DNA from: Macrostomum lignano
Lineage: Eukaryota
Assembly (NCBI GenBank): GCA_002269645.1
Contig: NIVC01000432.1
Span: forward strand, 186,001 to 250,000
Reading direction: 5' to 3'
Length of the DNA stretch: 64,000 bases
Shown: in pieces, positions 36,092-48,049 of the stretch
Layout: each line of letters begins with the position of its first letter
Position numbering within the stretch: the first letter of the stretch is position 1
Made by a program: the position numbers and the translations under genes
Notes under the pieces: model-generated
Told to the model about the DNA's origin: nothing
Database searches by the model: none
The model's input: the letters and a program-made list of their open reading frames with translations, nothing else

Positions 36092-39000
36092 TCAGACGTT
36101 CCTCCTCTGCACCCGCAGTCGAATACCGTGAGCCGGACGCAGAATAAGCTCCCCGGCCGGGTCAACCTCCTCCTCAGTCTGCAGGCTGGTGACGTCATAG
36201 TGCCTTAGAAACCAGCACAGCACGGCTTTCTCTTCTAGTTGGGCAAACTTAGCGCCGATGCAGTTGCGAGGCCCAGCAGAGAAAGGCACATAGGCATAAG
36301 GATTGCGTCCGCGCACAGCCTCTGGCAGGAATCTGTCCGGGTTGAATTTCTCCGGCTCGGGGAAATATTCGGGATCGCGGTGCAGCTGAGTGGCCAGAGC
36401 CAGCACCGTGGTGCCGGCGGTGATTGTGTAGCCGTCCACTTCGATGTCTTCAGCTGCTTCGCGGCCAAAGAACGGCACAGACGGATAGATGCGGAGGGCC
36501 TCCTTGACGCAGCGGTCCAACAGGCTCAGCTGGTTCAGGCATTCGGAAGTCAGGTGGCCCTCGGGCTGAGGCGTCCCTGCGAGTTTTGTTGCTTTCTGGC
36601 TATAGAACTACTATTTATATAGGATATGAAGGCTTCTGGTAGCTCAGTCTGAGCAGCTGAAGGCTTCTGGTAGCCCAATTTGAGGATCTGAGAGTTCTGG
36701 TAGCCCAATTTGAGGATCTGAGAGTTCTGGTAGCTCAGTCTGAGGATCTGAAGGCTTCTGGTAGCTCAGTCTGAGGATCTAAAGGCTTCTGGTAGCTCAG
36801 TCTGAGGATCTGAAGGCTTCTGGTAGCCCAATTTGAGGATCTACGGGTTCTGGTAGCCCAATTTGAGGATCTGAGAGTTCTGGTAGCCCAATTTGAGGAT
36901 CTGAGAGTTCTGGTAGCTCAGTCTGAGGATCTGAGAGTCCTGGTAGCTCAGTCTGAGGATCTGAAGGCTTCTGGTAGCCCAGTATGAGGATCTGAGAGTT
37001 CTGGTAGTCCAATCTGAGGATCTGAGAGTTCTGGTAGTCCAATTGGAGGATCTGAGAGTTCTGGTAGTCCAATTGGAGGATCTGAGAGTTCTGGTAGTCC
37101 AATTGGAGGATCTGAGAGTTCTGGTAGCCCAACCTGAGGATCTGCGAGTTCTGGTAGCCTATCGGAGGATCTGAAGTAATCACGGAGTACAGTTTTGGTT
37201 GAACCTGAGAAATACAGCACAGACAGACTGATACCTCTTCCCAGATGGCGTCGATTTCCTTGTGCACCTCGGCCTGGACGTCGGGATGCCGGCCCAGCAG
37301 GAACAGGCACCAGGTCATAGCGGCGGCAGTGGTGTCGTGGCCCTCGAACATGAAGGTGTCCACCTCCTCCCGAATGTCCGAATCGGTTAGCTTGGCACCA
37401 GTCTCGCTTTCGAATAGCAGCAGATCAAGAAAAGTTAAGCGCTTCCTTCGTCGCCTAATCGCCATCTGATCGCGACGCTCCTCCTCTGACATCGCGGCAA
37501 AGTCGGCCCGACGCTCGGCAATGACGCCGGTGGTGAAGGCGTGCATAACGCCCAGACAGGCATTCTGCTCGGCGGACAAGCGGCTGCGAGCGAATAGTGA
37601 CTCCGAATAGTATAGGGGATTTTTCAAACGGCGCATCACAATCTCGGACATGTTGGCTACGGAGGCGACATACTCGCTGTTCTGCTCAGTTTGGGCGTGA
37701 ACCTGGGGAAACGGACGAAGCTATTTTAATAAACTGCTGCTAATACTACTTACTAAGTAGCTAGTATTAGATTTATTCAACTCCAGTGCCAGATCTACTG
37801 ATTCCAATAAAGTCCTACCCATTGTTCACTCTGAATATCTATAGATACATCTAGAGACTTACTTTACCTATATATAGATATGTAAAAGTTGATTACTGCA
37901 GACAAAAACAAAATATTTACAGTACACAGAGTGTACAGCGGCCCTGACTTTCTAATCGTAAGGCATGTACACTCTCTCTGTGCCTTGTCTTGAGGGGGGG
38001 GGAGCTGGCTGGCTCCTATGACTGTGAACTCCCCAACGACAAATTTTCAAACATGCTGGATAATTAAGCGATTGATTAAATAGACACTGTTTTACCACTT
38101 CAAAGCTCTATCTTATATAATAATATATAAATAATTGATTACACCTGCCTTAACGGACAGATGCGCAACCGACAGCTCAGTCGCAGCTATTGCGCGGCGC
38201 ATCTGAAGGCTGCGTACGGCTGTTCAATTCAAGGACTGTGTGTGGTTGGTCGCCACACACACCCTCAATTACCCCAGCTAATGCCGGCTGGCACCCATTT
38301 TACAGCTGGGTGAACTGAAGCAATGCAGAGTTAGGTGTCTTGCTCAAGGACTCAAATTGTTCCGAGTGGGTCGAGAATCGAACCCTCGACCTTCAAGTCG
38401 GGAGTCTGACGCTCTAACCACTAGGCTACAACCCTTTACTAGGCTACAACCAAAGATCTTATATACACAAGATGGGCCACTCATTAACCACTTATGTGGC
38501 CATGGAAGCTAATGTAAAAAAATTTGCAACTCGCAACAGCGCAAAAATCAACTACTGAACTCAATTTCGTCAGTAGTCTCTGCAGTGCATGCATCATTCT
38601 TAGTTTGATTGAGTAGCTTTTTATTCAATTCATGAGAAGTTCTATTAAATTCTCAAAAAATAGCGTCTATGTCCCTAAGCTACTGAACTCAAATTTATAA
38701 GAAACCTACGTCGGCTTTTTCGCACAAGTGACGAAAAACAGCGGTCGCACTTTCCCTATTGTCACGACACAAAGTGGCCTATCTAGGGAATATAAGATCT
38801 ATGGCTACAACCCCCTTACCTGACAGCCCATCGCAGTCTCGCAGATAATATCCAGAGCGCACCGTCCCATATAGGGAAAGATATCCAGCTCAGCCTGACC
38901 GTCAGCATTCAGCTGATCATCCAGCACCTGCAGCAGCACCCGAGACTGCTCGCTAAACACTGGGCAGAAATCCTGCAGGATACTAAAATGAAAAGCTGGC

Positions 39001-39404
39001 GTCAGCATCTTCCTACGGGAGTGCCATTTCTCTCCTGCGCTGGTTAGCAGACCGGTGCCAAGCCAGGTGTGCAGAAAGTCATATTGAAACGCCTTAGTAA
39101 TATGCTTACTGCTAGATAGAATACTTTCAACAGACTTCGCCTTCTGCAGTACAACAATAGGATAGATGCCAACCCAGATTCGGAACATTGGATGGTCTTG
39201 ATACTGCCGCCCAAACTCCATGATTTGCCGATAGAAAGCGGCGCCCCCATATTCAAATTGGTGCGCATTGCCAACCAATGGCAGTTGAGCTGGGCCAATA
39301 ATATTGCGCATAGTGAACAGGTCCATGACATACTTGGCCAGGCGTTTCCAAAGCTTAGCTGTTAGGAAACAGCTGGCCAGAATAACTGTAGCAACTAAAA
39401 GCAT
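36092..39404 (-). CDS. Cytochrome P450, CYP4 clan (CYP4V/CYP4C-like), about 508 aa
   Basis: Exons 39404-38820 (CAG|GTAAGG), 37702-37235 (ccccAG; GAG|GTATCA) and 36565-36092. N-terminal anchor, C-helix WHSRRKMLTPAFHF, I-helix EEVDTFMFEGHDTT, K-helix KEALR, PDRF, heme motif PFSAGPRNCIG. The exact exon 3 acceptor is inferred from phase. Confidence 0.92.
36630..37172. repeat. 30-bp minisatellite (aggatctgagagttctggtagcccaatttg) filling CYP intron 2
   Basis: Direct reading, about 18 copies. Confidence 0.95.
38140..38432 (-). mobile_element. tRNA-derived SINE with a CORE/Meta-like central domain, in CYP intron 1
   Basis: Minus strand reads gtagcctagtggttagagc (A box)..ggttcgattc (B box), then ccttgagcaagacacctaac..cacccagctgtaaaatgggt, then an AT-rich tail. 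atcttatata flanks it at 38110-38119 and 38456-38465 (possible TSD). Confidence 0.8.
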
Positions 39405-40139
39405 TTGGATCTTGCACGAGATTAGTCTTTGTTAAATTGTATTTTTGTGTGCTCAAAACCTAAACTGAAATGGTTACCGATTTCATATGCATAAATTGTT
39501 GACAGGCACATTTAGCATAAGTAAGGTCATAACTCATACGATTTTTCTGCTTTAGTTGGCCTAATTATTAACATTGACAGTCAGCAATAATATTAATATT
39601 GTTTTATTATATCATTATTAATTATTAATAGGCAAAAATAATCTTACTGATACCAACAATAGCAACTTGTTTTCAAGAAAAATTGTTGCACTTTGCAATA
39701 ATAAAAAGATTATTATAATACCAAAGTCTTGATATTGCTAAATCAATCAAAATTAACAGGGTATAAAGCTATTAGGGCATGGCATAGGCAAAGGACTAAG
39801 CTCTTCTAGATATAAATTTTCTTATGCTCCCTTTATACTCATATACTACTTACCATTCAACCTAGGTTGAACTGCAGTGGTTTTTTGCAGTCAATTTACA
39901 TTGATTTTAAGCTTAATTTATTCATTCAAACTTACTTACTTTATACCTAGGTTTTTTGGTATACGGGTGCTATGCTATGGCATCCTGACTTTCATTACTG
40001 TATCATGGATTTGGACCCCCTATGCCAAATTGACATCCTGTTTTTCTGAAATTGATTTTCTGAAGTGGCTTTTTTTCTGAGCCACTGCACCCATATAATT
40101 CTTCATTTTCCAACAGCACCAATGGTGCACCTGTAGGTG

Positions 40140-40334
40140 CAGTAGCGCAACCAGAAATTTTCCAAGGGGGGGGGGCAGATTCTGAGGGTAAAGTCCCGGG
40201 AGGGGGGGGTGGCGGAGGGGTGGCTCTGTTTTTGGCGAAAATTCGCTTGGTCCCCCCTTTGATTTTTTTTCGGTCCCCCGCCTAAGGGGGGGGGGCAACC
40301 GCCCCCCCCGCCCCTCCCCCTGGTTGCGCCACTG
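40140..40334. mobile_element. Non-autonomous hAT MITE (195 bp)
   Basis: TIRs cagtagcgcaaccag / ctggttgcgccactg (14/15); perfect 8-bp TSD TGTAGGTG at 40132-40139 and 40335-40342; G/C-run interior. Confidence 0.9.
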
Positions 40335-41789
40335 TGTAGGTGAGCAAAAGTTTTAAAAACTTGATTATACACCCACGTGTGATGCTGTTTGCAGGCAGGT
40401 AGTGCTACTAATTGTGCCTGGAGGTGTTCCACAAACCGAGCTGCCACATGTGGCTGGATTATGAAGCTGGTGTCAGAGCTGCGAATGCGGCCTCCATCTT
40501 CATAAATGCAACAAGTAGGTACCACTGGCGATGGTTCAATTAACCCACATGATGCATGCGAGTAGGTCTTGTGCTGGATGTGAATGCCCACAGGTGCGGA
40601 TGTTATAAGCAGAGTTACACAGCTGACAGTGAAGAACTTGGCTTCACTTTAGCACATACCTGCCAATGTACTCAACAGCTTTCAGTGAGGCATTGCTAAC
40701 AGCCTGCAAGGAGTCCAGCTTTTCTTGGAGCCAGCTGCTGCTGTGGTGCCTGGTGTACTTGTACAACACTACTTGAATTTGGTGGACCCGCTTTGGTAGT
40801 CACGCAGTCTCTGGCACTGGTGGGGGCACAGGCTACTATGATAGCAGCATTGCAGTTGTCATCTTTGCAGTTGCGGGATGTCGAGTCAGGCTGGGCTAGG
40901 CTGCTGGCAGCCATGGACAGCAGGGCACCAACGAAGGAGCTGAGCTCTGGTCTGTCATTAAAACCATTGTGCTGTGTAGCTGAGCAATTCTGTTATTGCT
41001 TCATTGTTCAGCATGACCTTGGTTGGTGGAGCTGTTGGCTATTTGCATTGCCTTCTGCTTTCCAGCCTGTGGCGGCTCACAATCAGTGCTGTTGAATCAT
41101 GAATGGCTGCAGTTCAGGTTGTCAGCCTCTTCGTCATTGCAAACAACCAAATGTGTCAGGTTGTGCAATGAGGCGGAGTAGATTCAGCTCCCTGTCTGGA
41201 ATGGTATTCCACTGCAAAAGTGTCGTATCTTTGCAAATGGCTCCGATGTCCAAGTCAATTCCAGCATCTGCCGCCATCAATTCGCTCCGTCGTCTGCTAG
41301 AAACCTGTGCATTCGCACAGTCACTCTTTTGTCTGTAAGAGATTGCACTGTATGGTGCAGGTGGCTGCACAGCAGCGCTTTGAGCTGAATTCTATGCCAA
41401 TGTGGTGATTGCACAAAGTATTGCTCACAGAATATAGACAGAATGCCCGATCGGCTGTCGCGTGATGTTTGGAAATTAATATGCAAACAAACTACTTTTG
41501 TGGTGAAGCGGAGCAGTAGTTATAAAAATTCAATGTCTGTATATATATAATGTATATATGTAGACTGTGTATGATTCTATAAACTTAGATATTGCTTCAA
41601 AATTTAAAATTAGCGGGTTTGGCAGTGCCCAAATTGGAATAAAACCATAGGTGTTGCCACTAATCATTTATTTGAAACAAATAACATATTTGAAGCATAA
41701 TTTATTTATTATTATTAACAATTCACCAATTTACTCCAACATGTATTCGCTGATCCAGTTCAAATTATATATATGCTTTTCCCAATCAA

Positions 41790-42772
41790 TTATATTCCTA
41801 AATCAGTGTTCAGTTGCCTCAGCTTTCTCTGCACTCGTACAAGTGCAGTCCCTTTTCTGCTTTTCCTCTTCAGCGCCAGAATTTGCCAACTGTTGCACCA
41901 ATGGTGGAGCCTCAGATTGGTGTACAGCATTGCTAAACCAATAGTACAGCATTCGCTGTACTCTTCAGAATGAGTTCGTATGAGACTTCGAGCTGAACTG
42001 AGAAACAAAGCTCTAACACTGGCGCCAACATGCGGCTTGTGGAATTTATCTGACGGCACTGCCAGAAAGCTCGCTTTTATTTCTGCAACAGCCGCCACCA
42101 CTGCATCACTGGGCACTACTAGGCTGCCTTCTTCGTAGCTTTTCAGATAAATAAAAGCCTTGCTTTCCACAGAGGCTGAAGTGAGGTCGCAGCGACAGTC
42201 CTCACAGTGGCATTGAGTCTTGAAAAGCTTGAACAGCTTGATCTTTCGTCCTCTCAATTTTGCTGAATCTGCAGCTGAGATGACTGGTTCCCCATCAAAA
42301 CACTACATATCGTCCTCAGTGCAACCTTCTCTCGGCTTCCTCTCCTTCGCAAGTTGAGACACTCTTACTCTCGGACGGGAGCGTCGGTAAGGTTCTGCTG
42401 TTTCTTTGTACAGCTGGAGTGTCGGGTAAGCTGTGGGCATCAGTCTGATGCCAGGCTCATGTCTCTGGTCAGGAGTCAGGACACATGTACATGCTTTCGG
42501 GAAAATGGTGGGTGCACACAATAGCATTCTTCTATCTCGCTTTGTTCTTCTTGCCCAAGAGTTCTGCTCGGAGGATGCAACAAGCCCAATCCTCACACCT
42601 ACAGTTGTTAGGTTTCAGTGAATGACTGTGCAGCAATAGCAGGCAAGTCACACATTTACATGAATATACCTTTCACGGTTTGCTGGGAATCGATGAAATC
42701 TCGTTTGTGCAGGACATTTTTTGCATAGTTCTAGCAGCCATATGCAGCGCATTGCCTTCTTGATACTGTCAT
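41790..42772 (-). mobile_element. Decayed, internally deleted P-element/THAP9-like transposase remnant
   Basis: MTVSRRQCAAYGC*N..FHRFP..(intron 42669-42599)..W..CTHHF..RL.PTAYPTL gives a THAP domain with stops and frameshifts. It is followed directly by CHCEDC..GSLVVPS..E..F..C..LRLHH, resembling a P-transposase C-terminal region. No RNase H core and no TIRs found. Confidence 0.65.
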
Positions 42773-43441
42773 AATGTTACAGTTGTCTTTGTTGGTGCCT
42801 TTGTTGCTGCTAATCACTGCCTTATTCATGTGATAACGCAGTCTCAGTCGTCTATGGCACAACCCCTCTAAGCCGCATATGCGTAAGTATAATAAGTGAA
42901 TGCTATCTTTCTTCACCTTTCTTCACTTTCTTCAAGTAGCTAAATTTGCAAAAACTTTTTGCAGCAGATTTTTCTACGAGAGGGCTGATTGGGCATTCTG
43001 TATTCTGTGGTATTGCTAGTGTTGTGTTAGTCTTGCTCTGTTTGCTGGCAAGCCTCAAAGCGCAAAGTATAAAATCTATCCTTTCTCCATCCTGCCTCTT
43101 TTATTTAAACTCTGTATCTTGTCCCGCTAGCTAAATACAAAGTCAATCTATTTCTTTAGCTGTCTATGACTAAAACTCAATGCTTTTTTGGGGTGGGGGC
43201 AGATTTTAACAGTGGGTTTTATGCTTGAGAATTTTGATCTACTGCCAAGCTTGGCCATAGATAAAAGAATTAAAAGCTGCAAAGTATGCGTGTGATATGG
43301 GCAGCTAGCCTATCATTTTCTCAACAAAAAAAATAGAGCAAATATGCACTTATGCCACTAGACAGAGAGTAGCAAATCAAACTGACACTTAAGATAGTGC
43401 TGAGTGAACTATCTAGGGTATTTAGTATCTATGGTCTAGAC

Positions 43442-43913
43442 TAGGGGTTGGCAAACTCCAGCCCACGGGCCAAATTCAGCCTGCAAAGTCTTTCTATCTG
43501 GCCCTTGGGTCCTTTAAAACCTTCATAATAGCAATCCAGCCTATTTAAGGTTTTTGGCCTCTTATCTTCTCAGCTCCTTTCTCTCTGATATCCTTTGTCC
43601 TCTTTTCTTTTCTCTCCTCTCCTTTCTCCTCTTTTCTTCTCTCCTTTATCCTCTCTTTTCTCTCTTCTTTTTTCTCCTCTGCCCTTTCCTCTTTTCTTTT
43701 TCTGTTTCTTTTTCTCCCTTCTCCTCACTTCTTTTCCCTTTCTTCTTCTCTCCCTTTATTGCTTTCTCCCCTCTCCTCTCCCTTCCCTTCTTTATTCTCT
43801 TGACTCTCCTTATTCTTATTTCTGTTCCTTCTCTTCTCTTCCCTCCTTTAGCTTGCAATCATGCTCTAGGTTCTCTATCTGGCCCATGAGGTAAAAAAGT
43901 TTGCTGACTCTTG
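43442..43913. mobile_element. hAT (Charlie/Buster-type) MITE carrying an internal CT-rich tract
   Basis: Ends taggggttggcaaact / agtttgctgactcttg; perfect 8-bp TSD GTCTAGAC at 43434-43441 and 43914-43921, matching the NTCTAGAN preference; internal ggccc motifs. Confidence 0.85.
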
Positions 43914-44073
43914 GTCTAGACTATAGATATTTGGACTAGACCATAGACATTTGGAAGACATATATCACATAGTATCATATCATCATTGTATATGGTATGG
44001 GCACTAATACAAGTTGAAAAACATTTAAATATTTGGCCACTGACTACTGCAGCTTTCTAACATCAGATATAAT

Positions 44074-44574
44074 CCATAGTCCGGATCATGCTGGGTGCAT
44101 GCCTGAACAAAAATTGAATAATTACAAATGCACGCTGAAAAAAATTAGTATATGCCCATTCTCAAAAATATGCCAGTGTTGCAACAATAAATGACATTTT
44201 TTACATTGTGACAATAAAAGACCTTTTTTAAATTTTGTAATAGACCCTTATTAATAGATCATTTTTGTTGCTTTTAAGGCTTTTTGGGCGATACTATTTA
44301 CAGCAGAAAGTTTATACATGCAAAGATTTGTTTAAATACTCTCTTACAAGCTAGAAAAAACCGGAAAGCTTGAAATTTGCACCTAAAAATGAACTTTTTA
44401 TATATTTTTCTACTTTACAATAACTCATGCATTATTCTATAAAGTGCACGCCAGGTGTGCACGCATACTTTTTTCTCAGGAGTGATGCATGCCAACTGTG
44501 CATGCCTAATTTTGGCATACAAGGCCAATGCACACCCGAATTTTCGGGTGTATACTACATGATCCGGAGTGTGG
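44074..44574. mobile_element. MITE-like element (about 500 bp) followed by a diverged partial tandem copy (44611 to about 44950)
   Basis: Ends ccatagtccggatcatg / catgatccggagtgtgg are imperfect inverted repeats; the left end recurs at 44611. Confidence 0.6.
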
Positions 44575-45897
44575 GATATAATGGAACACATTTTAAAATA
44601 TAAAATAGTGCCATAGTCCAGATCATGCTTGGTGCATGCCCAAATGAAAATTGAAGTTACAAATGCACACCAAAAAAATTTAGTGCATGCCCACCCTCTT
44701 AAATCTATGCCTGTGCTATGACAATAAATGATCTTTTTTGCATTTCAATAGTAAATTACCTTTTTGTGTTGCATTAAGAATCCTTCTTAGTAGATAATTT
44801 GGTTGTTTATTTATCTTTCTTGACTATAGTATCTTAAGTAGAAAATCAACATAAACAAACATTTGTTTAAATGCCTTATTATGAGCTTAAAAACTAGAAA
44901 GCTTGAAATTTATGCTTAAAAAACTTTTCAATATTTTTCCACTTAACACTAACTCTTCTACTTGTAGGCCTTACTTTTACTAAATGTACCCTCCTGGTTT
45001 CCTGTTGAATTACTATTAATTACATTGAATTATACAGGCCAAACAGGCTTTTTGCCTAAGCTAAACTTACTACTCCACTACTACTATTACTACTAAGTTT
45101 GAATCTTGAAATACTTTCTTAACTTTGGCATGTAGCCTGCGCATAATTATTTTATGGTTCTGAACTTTGGTATAAATTGGCATACACAGAAAAAATTCTG
45201 ATTCATCATTCTGGTATATACTGGACTTCCTGACTATAGATTGTCTATTAAATATAGATTATGTCTAGAGTCTAGTAGTAGTATGTCAATTCTAAAATTT
45301 AAATATTAAGTTTGTAAAAAAATAAATGGGCCTAGTAACAATGAATTTTGAAGTTTTGTATTAGGCCTAGTATAAAATAAAAGGCAAAAGCTCTAAATTA
45401 CTAAAAAATGTTCAAAAATAAGTCCATAGCATAGGCTACATTGGATTGGATACAAAACTTCAAAAGCTATAGTCATAGACAATAATCCAACAGCTTATAG
45501 GCCATATAGACCTAATGCTATTCTAGCACTATAGTTCATAGGATATGTGCATTACACAGGAATTTTGTAGCCCCTTTTGGAAACACTGGGAAAAAAGCTA
45601 GCTAGAGCCTAGAGGTTAGGTTGGTAACATCGGCATACTGGCGTACACGAAGAAAGTTGAACTAGCCGCACTGGACTGTAGCGTTGGTAGGTGCAGCGGG
45701 CATAGGCCTATATCTGTGTTATTTGCATATAGATGATGCACATTGGTGTACATCAATAGAATATCTGATACTGCAGACGCAGGTCCAGGCATAGCAGACT
45801 TTAGTTAGCGTAATAATTTAATTCGACCAGTAAACAAACTTTGACAACCCATGGGATTCAAAAAAGCGTTGGTATATTTTAACAAAGTAGCTCGATC

Positions 45898-46100
45898 AAA
45901 GTGTGAATTGACAGACTGTGTGAATTGACCAACTGTGTTAATTGACAGACTGTGTGAATTGACAGACTGTATGAATTAACTGGCTGTGTGAATTGACTGA
46001 CTATGTGAATTGCCTGACTGTGTGAATTGACGGACTGTGAATTGACAGACTGCGTGAATTGACTGACTGTGTGAATTGACAGATTGTGTGAATTGACTGA
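45898..46100. repeat. 17-bp minisatellite (tgtgtgaattgacagac)
   Basis: Direct reading; the same family recurs at 53685-54080. Confidence 0.9.
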
Positions 46101-46198
46101 TATATTTCTTTCGTCTCGTCTCAAACTTACAATTTCATTCGTCTATTTTGAAAACATTCTGTGATATATACAAGTAGTATATTATGTGGCTATTTATA

Positions 46199-47469
46199 CT
46201 TCGGCTGTCCGGAAAATCGTGAGGATGTGTCAATTAAGCAAGAAAGCAGCAAGCTATTGACGTGGGACACAGAAATTTTCAATAATAGACTCATATATGT
46301 CTATGGTGAAAATTCTTGTTATTCTAGTAGCAAAATTGGGGGCAGGGGCGAGCTCAGTATAAAGTGCTCAATAGCAAATGCAACGCGGTGATCAAGCTTG
46401 AAAAATTTGACAGGAGTTCTCAAAATGGAAGACTTCCAGGCTTATGCCTATGCTAGATGCCGTCTTGGAATCTCCGCTCTCAGCTGTAATGACGAGCTGC
46501 TCAAAGTTTATGGAGATGCTGCCCCAGGTCAGTCAACGGTTTACAGATGGTTTTTGAAGTTCCGTAACGAAGCATTTCCCCCGGTCTCAGCTCCTCGGAC
46601 TGGCCGGCCACGGTCAACAAGGACAGCGGAACTGATCGAAACCTGCCGAGCTCTTATTGAAGAGGATCCAAAAGTTAGTGTCCGAGACCTCGCTGACTTT
46701 TTGGAAGTTGGAAAAACAACAGTGCACGAAATTTTGACTGAGGATTTGCACCTTCGAAACGTTTCTGCTGTCTGGGTTCCGCATGCTCTATCCGAGGAGA
46801 ACAAGACTGCTCGCATCAATTGTGCCAAGCAAATTCGCAGGCTTTTTTACAACGAGGGCATGAAAAACTTTTGCGACAAGTACGTGGTGGAGGATGAGAC
46901 GTGGGTGCACCTGAACAACACTGGCACAAAGCAAAACAACAGGTGCTGGCTTGGCCAAGGGGATCATCGGCCCCATGTTGTCAGGCACTCAGTCGGCAAT
47001 GCAAAGACAATGCTTCTGGTTGCTTTTACTCCAAACAAGCGCTTCTCCATTGAATCCACAGCCCCAAAGCAAACTGTTGATGCAAATGGCATGGTTGAGT
47101 TCATTCGGCACACCGGAGACCTATGGCGTACTCTCAGGTCAAGGCCAATTCATCTGTCGGATGTTCTTTGACAGTGGGACAATGCGCGACCTCACGTGGC
47201 TCGTTCTGTGCAGCAGTACATGGAGTCCCGTGGAGTTCAGCTGGTGTTTCAGAGTCCTTACAGCCTCGACTTCAATTTGTGCGACTGTTTTTTGTTCATT
47301 TGGATGAAGACAGATTTCTCCAGGCGAGTGTTCACGACCACAATGAAGTTCGAGAAGCTGCGTTGCAATGGGCAATAGGCCTTGACGAAGATTGCTTGAA
47401 AAGAGAGGTTCAGCGACTCGTTGACCATTGCCAAGCTGTAATCAACGCAAGGGGAGATTACATTACCAA
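46199..47469 (+). mobile_element. Mariner (DD34D) transposon, inactivated, 3' end interrupted
   Basis: TA|cttcggctgtccggaaaat left end; ATG 46425; HTH, GRPR, WVPH, DETW, DNARPH and SPYSLDFNLCD, with 34 residues between the last two Asp. In-frame TGA at 47169-47171 and a frameshift near 47335. Right TIR not found. Confidence 0.92.
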
Positions 47470-47890
47470 CTAGTGAATGAAGACGCTGTCGTCTTCAAAG
47501 GTGGGACGATGGGTATATATTGGCTTATTATCTTTTATGGCTATGACCTATTTATTTAACCCAAATTAAGAACTAGTTAAAACGCTAGATTGTGTTTTTA
47601 TCTTTTACGGCTATGACGTATGAAGAACTAAGAAGCTTAATCGGCTACATTTTTAATTTGATTTAATCAAAGTTTATACATAACTGTTGAAATATAATAA
47701 AAAAAAATATTTATAAAGCAAACATAAATTGCAGCTATATATTTACTGCTAAAATACATCTTACTGACCAATATTTCTAAATCCTAAATACCTTACGCCA
47801 AATATCCAAAATAAATAGTGCACAATTCAGTCTCGACGAGATCTCGTGCACAGCAGGCCATCCCACCAAGTACCACGAGTATTTATAGGA
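47470..47890 (-). mobile_element. Non-autonomous Helitron-like element, 3' end (5' boundary uncertain)
   Basis: Minus strand reads hairpin gaagacg-acag-cgtcttc, attca, CTAG|T. The identical terminus and similar adjacent sequence recur at 54338. Confidence 0.6.
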
Positions 47891-48049
47891 CGAAAACTAA
47901 AACATGGTGTGAAACTTTTGAGGGTCAATTAGCCACTTGTCGAAGAGCATCCGCGTCGACCTTGTGCTGAGTATCCACTTTGTTGTTGTGTAGTAAGTGT
48001 TGTTAAGGGGCTTGTTAAAGGGGTTGTTGTTGTTGTTAGGGTTGTTGCT

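Noticed and set aside
36797-37234. Repeat-encoded extension of the CYP ORF (QNSQILQLDY units)
   Set aside because: Read-through into intron 2; the P450 fold needs splicing to the exon with the K-helix and heme motif.
38350-38432. Possible tRNA gene
   Set aside because: It has A and B boxes but no clean cloverleaf or acceptor stem, and it continues into a SINE body.
40340-41490. Possible decayed Gypsy gag/protease fragments on the minus strand
   Set aside because: Only vague zinc-knuckle-like residues across broken frames; a translated HMM search would be needed.
43554-43894. Hydrophobic F/L/S-rich ORFs
   Set aside because: Translations of the CT-rich tract inside the hAT MITE.
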